Shown piece after piece: positions 48,756-60,066 of a DNA stretch of 64,000 nucleotides. The DNA is from Asterias rubens (taxonomy: Eukaryota), in contig NC_047077.1 in NCBI RefSeq assembly GCF_902459465.1, positions 11,966,001-12,030,000 on the forward strand, in the 5' to 3' direction. The stretch's first letter is position 1. Every line of letters starts with the position of its first letter. The position numbers and the translations under genes were made by a program. Under the pieces are notes generated by a model. It worked only from the letters and a program-made list of their open reading frames with translations. It did no database searches and was not told the DNA's origin.

Positions 48756-49851
48756 GTACGTAATTAAATCATTTTTCACATCAGTTAAAGCCATTGGACC
48801 CTGTCGGTAAACAGTGTTGTCCAAGGCCCACACTTTGTGTACCACAACTTCTATATCAAATAACAAACCTGTGAAAATTTAGGCTCAATCGGTCATCAGA
48901 GTCGGGAGAAAACAGTGGAAAAACCCACCCTTGTTTCCGCGCGTTTCGCCGTGTCATGACATGTGTTTAAAATAAATCCGTAATTCTCGTTAACGAGAAT
49001 TTATACTGTTTTGCTGTTTTCGCAAAAAGTAAAGCATTTCATGGAATAATATTTCAAGACAAGTCTTTCACCATTGCCTTCTGTAAACCCTGTAAGTTAT
49101 TTGTAAATCTGTGAACTTTCATTTTTTTTTCTGAACCGAAAGGGTCCAATGCATTTAAATTGCAGGCGTAATATTCTTTCTCAGGCCTGATACTTCACGG
49201 AGGCAACAGAGGCAGTTGCCTTCATGCCCCTTGGTCATTGCCTTGGTGCCCTTGAAATGCTCCAGTAGAAATTTACAATTCCCTTATAGTGTGCCCTTTA
49301 CCAAAGGAGAAAATGCCTTGGTGCCCTTGCCCTTCCTGTCTTTCTACTAGAGTCCAGAGATGTCAACTCTCCCTGATTCTGCAGAAAGTTCCCTGTAAAT
49401 AAGCCAATTTGTCCATGTTTCGAAGAACAGATTTGACAATCTCCCTGATTGTGGAAATTTTCTTCCTGTTACAATGTATACCGAATGTAATTCTAGATAC
49501 ATCCCTGATTGTCGTACAAAATATCCCTGATTGTAAGATGCAAATGTTCACAGCTCTGTAAGTCTGTTTGTCTTATTTTTTGGCCCTCAGAAAAAAAATC
49601 AGCATACTTTTGATTATGTTGTCTGAAAAGTCTCTTGAAGCCTAAGCCATCATTCTTTTGATTTAAAGGTGTACTGTTGAATTGATATAATAACCAAGAC
49701 CACTGGACTTGTTCTGTCTTGAGTTTACTGGCACGACGCATGTATCACTGGCCTAACGCCGGTGGTCCAGTGTAAAATTTCAGCCGTTGACTGAAAACCT
49801 TTGTTATCATTACTCAAGGTAACTAAAATACAAGGAATGCTTTGTTGATAG

Positions 49852-49960
49852 GATGTGCATGGTTCGATTGAAGCAAGAGGGGCAAGAAGGCAAATACATG
49901 ACCCATTATCTCATTATGTCAATGTGGCATGATGTACAAGAGAGGGGCAAACTCATGGGG
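49852..49960 (+). CDS. UQCC1: UQCC1 exon
   Basis: MCMVRLKQEGQEGKYM...MWHDVQERGKLMG|gtaagt resembles human MCLVRMKQEGRSGKYM...MWEDVQQRGRVMG. Confidence 0.92.
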
Positions 49961-50673
49961 GTAAGTACATGTATCTTTCAACTAACACAATCAAACTAAC
50001 ACAATCAAACTAGATTGTGTTAAAGGCAGTGGACACTATTGGTAATTGTCAAAGACTAGCCGTCACAGTTGGTGTATCTCAACATATGCATAAATGAACT
50101 AACCTGTGAAAATTTGAGCTCAATCGGTCATCAAAGTTGCGAGATAATAATGAGAGAAGAAAACACCCTTGTCACACAAAGTTGTGTGCGTTTAGATGGT
50201 TGATTTCGAGACCTCAAATTCTAAATCTGAGGTCTCGAAATCAAATTCGTGGAAAATTACTTCTTTCTCGAAAACTATGGCACTTCAGAGGGAGCCGTTT
50301 CTCGCAATGTTTTTTTACCATCAACCTCTCCCCAGTACTCGCCACCAAGAAAGGTTTTATGCTAATAATTATTTTGAGTAAGTACCAATAGTGTCCATTG
50401 CCTTTAAAGAGGTTGGGTACGTTTTACATGCTAAAATAATAATAGTCTCACTTAGACAAACATTATTTTTGTGACATTGTATTAATCATTTCTCAAAAAC
50501 CACAACACCTCAGCAAGTAATGTTTTTAGGGAAGCTTTCTACCAGTATTATCTTCAAACCGTGTTACTTTAATGTAACACGTTTTTTTTTAGCAAGCGCC
50601 ATGAACGCCTGCATTGGTGGATTCCGGCTCTATATAAGATTTTGAGTATGATTATTATTGAATTGCTTTTCAG

Positions 50674-50751
50674 ATTCCTGCTGTAAAGATGAGGGAGAGC
50701 CTTTCAAGAATGGTGGAGCAGTTCAATGCAGCATTATTCAGCTATGATGAG
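50674..50751 (+). CDS. UQCC1: UQCC1 exon
   Basis: gcttttcag|IPAVKMRESLSRMVEQFNAALFSYDE|gtacga. Confidence 0.88.
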
Positions 50752-51042
50752 GTACGAACTAACAAACTCGCCCACAAATTTCATGGCTCTGCTTACCATA
50801 AAAGGAGGGGCGCTTGCTGAAGCACGGAATTCTGTGCCTTCGTCAAGCGTTATTCTCAGGTTAGAGGGGAATTTCGGCTTGTGCTCGTGCGTACTCCCAG
50901 TTACTAAGCATTCTCAATTAAAAATCTAGGGCATAAATTCGGCGGTTGCATGATAGCATAGAATGGTGGTCGTAAGCACAGAATTCGGTGGTAAGCAGAG
51001 CCATGAAGATGGGCGCCGAGTATAGTGTTGTAAATGTTCAAT

Positions 51043-51184
51043 AGGAGACTTTTAGGATCCTTGGTGGCAGCAGACTTACCAGGTTAAATCCATTGTTCTC
51101 AGTCTTGTCCGCACGCTCAGAACTACGTAAACATTGGAAATTTACCTGGTAAGTCTGCTGCCACCTAGCACTCCAAAGTCTCCC
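51043..51184. mobile_element. MITE with TIR GGGAGACTTT..CTAGGTGGCAGCAGACTTACCAGGTAAA (other copies about 28880-29030 and 56975-57110)
   Basis: About 40-bp inverted repeats shared by three copies. Confidence 0.8.
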
Positions 51185-51268
51185 ATTGTGCAATTTTCTT
51201 TTGAAAGATTATTCGTCATGCTTTGTCGTTTACAAAATATTTATGTTTTATATGATCGGATTCCTCAG

Positions 51269-51382
51269 GGTTTGCTATCAAATGACAGTGTCTTGGCCGG
51301 AGCTCTGTGGCGCAACATTTTTGTCAAAAGGGACATCGAGGCTGAGCAGGTTGCAGATATGGTTGAATATGTTCGACAACAG
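51269..51382 (+). CDS. UQCC1: UQCC1 exon
   Basis: GLLSNDSVLAGALWRNIF...MVEYVRQQ|gttagt resembles human GILSDDHGLAAALWRTFF...LVEYVRKQ. Confidence 0.92.
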
Positions 51383-51963
51383 GTTAGTTCATGGATTAAC
51401 TAAGGTGTAGTAGCTGAGCGGATAAGAGCACCGAACTCAAGCTCTGGTGCTTCTGTTCAGCAGAGTGTGGGTCTGAGATGGTTCTTGTGATTGATTTAGT
51501 CTAGTAGTGCATATGTGTTGCACAGGCTATTTACTCCCCAGGGAGCTGAGATGATTTAAGGAATTAATTGAGGCCCAGTGACCAATGTTAGAAGCGCTTT
51601 GAGACGTTCTTCTGGTGTGAAAAGCACTATTTCAAAATTGGTCGTTATTATTATTATTGATCTCAGAGTTATACAAGGGTGACTAGTTTCGCAACAATTG
51701 AGTGCTCGGTTGAGCCGTGACTACCGTTTTGCAACTGCTTTGGTTTGTCTTTCAGCCATGCCTACTACACAAAAATTGCAACTACATGTGCCTGCTTGGT
51801 CAATCGATTCTGTCGCTCATGATAACGTAATTGACTTACAAAACACAATGAGACATGTGTGACGCTATCCTTCAGTCCTTTTTGCATGATTTTTACTATT
51901 ATTGCAACTGCGGCAATTATTGGGCCACAATGCATCTTGGGAACTAAAAATTAGTTTTGACTT

Positions 51964-52240
51964 GTGTCGAAGACACAACAATTTGAGGTTTGACTAGTCA
52001 CTTTCACTAATGTCACTAGGCGCTCATGACTAGTGTCGAAGTCACAACAATTTGAGGTTTGACTAGTCACTTTCACTAATGTCACTAGGCGCTCATGACT
52101 AGTGTCGAAGTCACAACAATTTGAGGTTTGACTAGTCACTTTCACTAATGTCACTAGGCGCTCATGACTAGTGTCGAAGACACAACAATTTGAGGTTTGA
52201 CTAGTCACTTTCACTAATGTCACTAGGCGCTCAGGACTAC
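51964..52240. repeat. 69-bp tandem repeat x4 in the last UQCC1 intron
   Basis: Units start at 51964, 52033, 52102, 52171 and are nearly identical. Confidence 0.95.
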
Positions 52241-52397
52241 TCGGAATTTATATTTGGTACATTTTACTTGTTTCAGGTTCTTTCTTTGATACAGAGGTTT
52301 GATGCTTACTTGCTATGTAAGATCTTATTTGTTTTCCTTATTATTCATTATTGTCTAAATCGATCTGACATTATTGTTTAATCCACATTTTGTATAG

Positions 52398-52562
52398 GTC
52401 CAGTACTTAGAGACACTAGACACCGCACAGCTTCTACAGGTTGGGCGTATCAAGTGGTTACCATTCAGAGTCGAGGTACCAGTCGAATCTGCCCCACCCC
52501 CAAGAGCGAGCAGTATCGAGGAAGAGCTAGAATTTCCCAATGTTGACAAAGTTAACGCTTAA
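52398..52562 (+). CDS. UQCC1: UQCC1 last coding exon
   Basis: tgtatag|VQYLETLDTAQLLQVGRIKWLPF...KVNA*. Confidence 0.88.
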   Translation, partial: VQYLETLDTAQLLQVGRIKWLPFRVEVPVESAPPPRASSIEEELEFPNVDKVNA

Positions 52563-53334
52563 AGCTTCCACCAACGTACAGATGACCAACAATGTTACAA
52601 TCAACTCTCATTAAGTGGTTTTGAAAATAAGATAAGAAATCAATTTATTGTCAACTTTGCATGTCGTGGTCGAGTGGATAAGAGAATCTGTTTCTGTTCA
52701 CAGAAGAGTTTAGGGTGTGTTCTTCAGCAAGACACTTAAATCATTATTGCTGCGTCGTTTGGGTGGGACATGAACCCATGGGTTCCGTGTGTTTGGTAAT
52801 GCACGTACAGGAACCCAGTGCACTAATCGTAAAGAGAAGGAGTTCCCTCAGTGTTCCTGGTCTAATCGGCTGCAGCCTTTTATTTTACATTCAAATTACA
52901 CAAAGTAATGCAACAAGGTTTTTTTCTTGCCAATTCGATGACCAATTGAGAAAAATTTTTCACAGGTGCGTTACTTTATGTACAAAGGTTTCACTGGTGT
53001 GTTACTTTATGTATCTTAGGACACCAAGTGAGAATAAGTTTGTCTTTGAGGTGTCCAGTGCCTATAAATGCAGCAATGTGTTATCAGTGCAGATTTGCAC
53101 TTTTGGAATGTTGATTGACACGTATACACAGATTTGTGACAGTTTTCTGTGCCACGAAAGACCATGTCATTTTGCCACCGGGCCCAGGTTGTGTCCCTGT
53201 ATCCAAGAGTAGTAATGATTGCTCACATTCATTGCACATGTAAAGAACCAGACTAATTCATCTTTTAGCCTCGGGCTGAGTACATTGGTTTGAATTGAAG
53301 AAAAATCAAGATCGCAGCACCATGTTAAAGGCAT

Positions 53335-53625
53335 AGAGTTATATAAGAACTAGAGGGCGCACTGGTGATGCTGCTTGCACAAATGCGACGGGACCGCAAG
53401 ATGACAAGCGTGCCATTCTGTACGCGCATTGAATGTGAAATACACGTTTGAGGTTTTTTTTTGGTGAACCCTCAGCGATGCTGTTTCTGTTTGTTCAACT
53501 TACAAAATGGCAGCACAAACACACGCTGTGAGATGGCTGTTTTGTCAACTTAGAAAATGGCCGCCTGCGCGCATGCCGGGTGCGTATATAGGTCAGTGCG
53601 CCCTCTAGTTCTTATATATAACTCT
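53335..53625. mobile_element. MITE with TIR AGAGTTATATA(TA)AGAACTAGAGGGCGCACTG
   Basis: About 30-bp inverted repeats at both ends. Confidence 0.8.
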
Positions 53626-54213
53626 CGGGTTAAAGGTATATAATTATGTCATGGCTGTGTGTGAATGCCATTAATTTGTATACCACATCACATGTATGTG
53701 TTAAGTATTAAAGGGTGCTTTAGGCTAGACCAAGCATGCTACGAATAGGAAAATTATGGTTGGAAAGATGTTTTAAAAAGTTTAAAATAACTCGCACAAG
53801 TGTAGAACCAAATTTATGTTAGTTAAAGTTATGGAACGCATAATGATTGAAGTAACAGGAAAACCACACAATTTCGAGGGATATTTGTATGATTCAATAT
53901 GTTGTACTTCAAAACATCTTTCTAATCATTTATTATTTTGTTGACGTTCATTTTAGTGATTGACCCAATTCACGAAGTGATTGTAACACCTCTGTGAGAT
54001 CTTGAATTAACCGACAGCACCAACAGCAGTTGATGTGGTGCCCTGTGCTTTTGTTTTGGTGCCTTTTGCAAAGTTTCAATACAAACTTCCATTTTCCTCA
54101 ATAGAAGTGCCCCCTACTGTGTGTCCCTTCAACCATGCTTCAACAGGGTTTAAGTTTGGGGAAAAAATCCACGAGACTACAGGGCTTGAAGCTAGAAACT
54201 TCAAATGGCCCAG

Positions 54214-54524
54214 GGGTCGATTTCACAAAGAGTTAGTCCTAGGAGATATACAAACTGCATGGATAGTCCTAAGTTAGGACGAGTAAAGCCCGGTTCATAC
54301 TTCATGCGAATGCGAAGCGAATTTGACAGGAATTTGACGTCACATCGCCTTTCGCAGCGATTATTCCCAAGGGAGTAGAGCACAGGGCAACTGCTGCGAA
54401 TTGTTCGTTGGGAATTTGTGACGTCAAGATTCACTTTGCATTCGCAATCGCAGGTAGTATGAACCGAGCTTAACTGGTCCTAACTCGAGATAAGACTAGT
54501 CCTTACTCTTTGTGAAACCCACCC
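54214..54524. mobile_element. Harbinger-like MITE (CAG TSD) with nested 184-bp MITE at 54287-54470 (TAA TSD)
   Basis: CAG|GGGTCGATTTCACAAAGAG...CTCTTTGTGAAACCCACCC|CAG; inner TAA|AGCCCGGTTCATACT...AGTATGAACCGAGCT|TAA. Confidence 0.8.
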
Positions 54525-55542
54525 CAGAACATTTGATACAGGACCAGAACCAACTGAAAAGAAAAGCTGTTTTTGGAACAAGCACTTAGAACATGTATCC
54601 CATTTTTCCTTATGGTCATTCAATATTACTCAACAAAATTGAAAGATATTTGTAATCAGTTTAAATTGAAAATGCAGCGAGGTGCTATTACTCGCAAACA
54701 TAAAACTGCCAGACTCGTATGGTCATAGTTTACTGACGTGACACTATAAATCAAGGCCTCGGGCCTGCGGTCTAATGTTAATTTCAAGCCCTGTCTTCAA
54801 GAACAAAATTCAAGGCCTGTGAAACAATATCATTGCTGATCTTGTCACAGATCATGAGCATCTTGGCAATGATGAATTGGCCAAGGCCCACTTAAACATA
54901 AAAAGTGATCATCATCCTTCGGCAAAGACTTGCGTTCTAGCCTCCTCATCCTCAAGTTGTAATAGGGGCGCTCTCCTAGAGTCGCTACCATCACCTGTTC
55001 TCTTTCAATCCCTCCTCTTCAAGCTCTCCTACACTTCTACCACATCTCTTGTTGTATGCAGTTTTTTAAAAGTTTGAATGACACAAATGAGAAAGCATAA
55101 AAGAGTAATTCAGCTGATCCGAGGAAAAGTAGAGTACATGTACATGTACATAATGTATATTAAATCCCCTGAGTATGAGTGTACATGTACTTTCACTTTC
55201 TCTTTTTTTTCTTTATAAAGTAAAATCAATTTATATTATAAGAATACAAGACAGTGATAATGGGTTCCATGTGTTGAATAACCCCCTGAGTTAGCATGTA
55301 CATTATTGTTTAAAGATGATTGATTTTTTAAAGTAAAAAAACCTAAAATCTTAAATCTGATTTATTCATAAAGATGGGGACTTTTGTTTGAATACTTCTT
55401 TAATCTGGAGAAAATTGCCGTAACACCTACCTCCATGCACCATGTGAATATCTCGTTTGGATATGGTTTAACTGTGTATGTATTTGGAGTAATCTGGTAA
55501 TTACTCACTTTAATACCATGAATGGTTAAACCTGTTACCTCT

Positions 55543-55691
55543 TGGACTTGTGGACAAGTCGTTAAATCGGCCCCACGCGCTGAGATAGTGCTCCCCCGAC
55601 AACACTGCTCTCGCGCGAACTCACTGCTCTCGCGGGAAGTGATGGCTCCCCGATTTCGACTCCTCGATTTAACGACTTGTCCACAAGTCTA
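55543..55691. mobile_element. 149-bp MITE with 9-bp TSD (MULE-like)
   Basis: GTTACCTCT|TGGACTTGTGGACAAGTCGTTAAATCG...CGATTTAACGACTTGTCCACAAGTCTA|GTTACCTCT. Confidence 0.8.
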
Positions 55692-57191
55692 GTTACCTCT
55701 TAACCATGGCAGTTATGTGGCCGAGGGTGTCCCCCAATGTTCCCATACTTTAATACACTCTTTCCCCTTTGTACAGAAAACGACCCCTAGAATTCTCTTA
55801 ACGGCAGTGGACACTATTGGTAATTACTTAGAATAAATATTAGCATAAAACCTTACTTGGTAATGAGTAATGGGGGAGCTGTTGATAGTATAAAACATTG
55901 TGAGCAACGGCTCCCTCTGAAGTATAGTTTTAGAGAAAGAAGTAATTTTCAACGAATTTGATTTTGAGACCTTTAGAATTAGATTTTGAGGTTTCGAAAC
56001 GAAGCATCTGAAAGCACACAACTTCGTGTGACACGGGTGTTTTTTCATTCATTATTATCTCGCACCTTCGACGTTCAATTGAGCTCCATTGTTCACAGGT
56101 TTGTTATTTTATGCATTTGTTGAGATAACACCAAGTGAGAAGAGTGATCTTTGACAATTACAAATTAGTGTCCAGTGTCTTAAAGAGTTATACCCCAGAA
56201 CACAAATGAACACACTAACAATGCCACATGTAAAAATTTGTTATAACCTAAAACTGCTGAGAGTCTTTGCTTGTCTATATTTTGTCCTGTTGGAAACAAT
56301 AATAAAGACTATTTTTGTTTGGTTTTACCCGTATACACTGTTAACACTGGTGTTTATTAGCATTGTATACTCGACACCACTTTCCCGAGTTTTGTAAGGG
56401 AAAAACCCAGACATATTACTCGGGTGGGATTCAAACACAACCTTTGCAATTATAAATAAACTGCTCACAAAAAGTAAGGAAACTTTTTTCAATCCAGTAT
56501 ATTTGTTATTATTTAATACTCTGCCTTCCCACACTTTTTTTTACTCAGGCTGGATTCGACCCCAAAACCTCTGCAACTGTAAATGATAAAGACCTTTCAC
56601 TTTTCGGTAATGCGTTTATTTGATCGTTTATTAGTAAAGCAAACTTTAACACGAAACAATATTACCTCATTTTAATGAAGTGGGCGTTTTACTACTAATT
56701 TGAGCATAATATTGCGTAAAAACCATTCTATTAAAACGAGTCGTCCTAAAAGCTGTCTCGCTGGGGCCAGCAGTCTCGCAAGAACACCGCCCGTATCGCA
56801 AGATTCTTGTAAAAGAACAAAGTAATATGATAACGAAGCGAATCAAAGTCGAAGCCTATTCACAAATGGGGGTATAATAATTTAAAAAATAAGTTTCTTG
56901 TAACAAGTGAGCGCAAAATTTAAAATGGACCGAAAACCCAATCAAATCAATAATTAAATGTGTGTGATCTAAATGAAAGGATTTCGGAGACACTAGATGG
57001 CAGCAGACTGATTTGACGTTGCAAAAGAAAGGTCTATTCTCACTTAAGTATGTATCCGATGAAAATTTACCTGGTAAGTCTGCTGCCACCTAGCGTTCCA
57101 AAATATCCCGTTTGGTATATACTTTGGAGAATGAATCAAATCAGAAATCTATAGTGAAGAAACACACGCAGGGTATACGTTGAATGCAGTA

Positions 57192-57553
57192 TAAGAGGAT
57201 TGGAGTACTTTTTCAAAATGTCCATAGATTTACATTAAACTTACAGGGTTTGAAGATAATGATAGTGGAAAGCTTCCCTTCAAATATTACTTACTGAGGT
57301 GCTGTAGTTTTTGAGAAATGAGTAAAAAAATGTAATGAAAATAGGTTTGTGAATAATTAAAATAATGTTCGTCTCATGAGACGAAAATTATTTTTATGAC
57401 ATTGTTTTACTCATTTCCCAAAAACTACAACACCTCAGCACATAATATTTTCAAGGAAGCTTTCTATTATCATTATCTTCAAACTGTGTAAGTTTAGTGT
57501 AAATCTGTGGACATTGTGTTTTTTGTCCTACAAAAGTTCCATAGACCCTTTAA
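57192..57553. mobile_element. Kolobok-like MITE family 3 (other copies about 39335-39685, 31882-32920 interrupted, 50404-50570)
   Basis: Shared body agatttacactaaac..gataatgatagt.gaaagcttccc..gaggtgctgtagtttt, central hairpin tttcgtctcatgagacgaaa, TTAA end. Confidence 0.7.
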
Positions 57554-57864
57554 AATCGTAACATGTATTTGTTCATTTAAATTCCATACTCTTGCTGTAA
57601 AAATAATAGTACAATACAAGAACTGATCAGTTCACAGAAAGGTAACAATATCCAATATTAAGGTATCTTAAGACTACTACATTGTATGCGTTTGGCTGTT
57701 ACACTTAATTCAACAACCATTTGTTATTGTCGACTATCAATTATGAGAGTAGTGCTTTCAATATGATCATCTGATGTGAACTGCAATGGAATGGAACTCG
57801 ATTATTAAATTATGAGTTCAGTGGTTTTGCTGAGACATCTTACAGAATTCCCCCAGACTCATTT

Positions 57865-58717
57865 CTAATCATCGTTCTCTTTCACAAAAATGTTGTCTGC
57901 AGCGTTGACCCCCCACACAGCAAGTGACAGGGATTCGACCTGCTTCAATGCCCCCGGTATGATTTGCCACCCCGTACCTGTCGGTGTACCGGCAGATACT
58001 CCTTGACGATAGAAGATGGCATCGCCAGAATTAACTCCGTAGATCATATCCGAAGAACTGATGTACTTCAGCTTTCCACTTACGTGTGTCCAGCCATCAC
58101 CATCGGTATCCGAGTCAGGATCACCAAAAGTTCCTCGCCTGTAGAAAATGTTATCACCGGAGTTGACGCCCCATACGCCCCCACTACCCACCGATATTTG
58201 CTTCAACAACCCCCCGATTTGTAGCCACGAGTTACCGCGAACATTGCAGTTGGATGCCCCGATACGATGATAAATGTCGTCCCCGGCGTTTACTCCCCAA
58301 ACATGCCCCTTTTGACTGACACTGACGTGCTTTAACAATCCCTCTACTAAAACCCAGCCCGTCCCGACCGGTGTGCCAGCGGTTATGCCTTGTCGGTAGA
58401 AAATGCCATCGTCACTGTTAACTCCCCATACTACATCACGCCCAACATCAACTTGTTTCAGTGCACCATCAAGTTGCACCCATGAGTCGCCTGTATTCGT
58501 TTCGTCGTCGTAGCTTCCCACCCTGTAAAAGATGTTGTCGCCACTATTGACACCCCACATGCCAGCCCGACCGACTGATGCGTGCTTCAGTAACCCGTCG
58601 ACGTGTCTCCAAACCCCCCTCTTGCAGGTGCAGAGACGTTCAGCGGAACTTGGGACGGCTCCCTGCATGGTCATCAGCACCATCACCAAGCTAGTCAATA
58701 TGAAAACATTAAAACAC
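57865..58717 (-). CDS. Secreted tectonin / tachylectin-1 (lectin L6)-like beta-propeller lectin, main exon
   Basis: Six repeats of about 37 aa, W..(V/I).G.LK..SV....VWGVNS.D.IFYR.G, after a hydrophobic signal segment; acceptor tattttcag-like (attatttcag) at 58718, phase 2. Confidence 0.9.
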
Positions 58718-59506
58718 CTGAAATAATTGAATCATTGATATACAAAGTATGTTGAAGAAGTACTTGAGTGAATTTGTTTAAAATTAAACGTAATTTTGAT
58801 ATTAAATTTTGTACACTTCTAATTTTTCGTAAAAACGATTAAAAAGACAGGCCCCAGACTCAAGGTGTTGAAAAAAATAGAAACACTTTTGCCGTTGACG
58901 GCGTGCGTCAAAATGACATTACTTTTGACGTCATGAGTGGGAGTTTACTTTGCGAATATTTCAGAAAAGCACTGGAAATTATTGTTTCTTTACAAAATAC
59001 AACTCTATTAATACTCATAAATAAAATATGAATCAATTTCCTTATTGATTGCAAACATTTTAATGAGAAAATAATTGTGTAACATTGTTTTTGTGTAACA
59101 TTTATATACACTGTCGTATCGGTTTTTTTTTTGCTCTATGTTTATTGCTTTCCTTAGTTTTTCAAACTTGATTCATTGATCTGAACTTGCACTAATTTCA
59201 CTTGGAGATTCGGAGTCAGTTCACAATTACCTGCACACATACATGTATTTCACATTCAACAACGCCACATTATATTGCACACAACGGTATGTACACACAT
59301 GCTTCACTGCAGACGGTTGAAAGTGCAAGCTGACGCTACATCACTTTGGACCAATCAATACATCGGGAAAGCTTACGTCATTGTACGTTTATCCAATGAC
59401 ATCTTTTGACATGGTAGACCAGTGTCTGAGAGACAGGGGACCAGTCTACGTGATTACCGTCCAAAGCTGGCTTACATTTTATGGTGCCCGTTAAAATAAA
59501 ACTTAC

Positions 59507-59526
59507 CAACTTAGCAATCGTGCCAT
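59507..59526 (-). CDS. Lectin start-codon exon (whole exon 59507-59610)
   Basis: ttttatttcacacag| at 59611; ATG GCA CGA TTG CTA AGT TG|GTAAGT; phase 2 gives MARLLSWCFNVFILTSLVMVLMTMQGA, a signal peptide. Confidence 0.8.
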
Positions 59527-59904
59527 AGTTGAGCAACGTAGACTACCTTACGGTTCAATAGGGAATTTATGACCAAAGTGACGGTGTCCTGTTGTTTAGT
59601 CTGAGTACACCTGTGTGAAATAAAAATAACATTCATGAACAAATATAACTTATTATTATATTAAATGATTATGGTAGACATCCTTAGCTTCGATCCGAAC
59701 CGGACATTCTCCAGAGCTTATATTTTATATTTATTTTTGATGTTTGTTGGTTTATTTCATAAAAAAAACCCCATTAAAACGAATGTGCAGATTGCACTGG
59801 TTCAACACAAAAAAAGTCTTCAAAAGTAGCTTAAAAGTACTTTATGGTATATTAATCATTATGTTCCGAGGTTTTGCAAAGTAATAATGACCTTAATGTT
59901 GTGA

Positions 59905-60066
59905 CGTCTGTGCGGCACCTAAATGTAGCCCAAGCACTAAATTTAGCCTGACCTAAATGTAGCCCCCAAACATTTAGGTCCGGGCTACATTCAGGTACAT
60001 GGTTGGGGCTACCATTAGGTCAGGCTAAATTTAGGGCTCGGGCTACATTTAGGTGCCGCACAGACG
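59905..60066. mobile_element. Palindromic MITE with internal (CTAAATGTAGCCC) subrepeats
   Basis: cgtctgtgcggcacctaaatgtagccc...gggctacatttaggtgccgcacagacg. Confidence 0.8.

Noticed and set aside
12130-52860. tRNA genes at the A/B-box-containing sites
   Set aside because: No intact acceptor stems or cloverleaves, and they continue into shared repeat bodies, so they are SINEs.
26213-56048. Recurrent short ORFs such as HTKLCAFRCLISRPQILNLRSRNQ as a gene family
   Set aside because: All are translations of Kolobok-like MITE family 1 copies.
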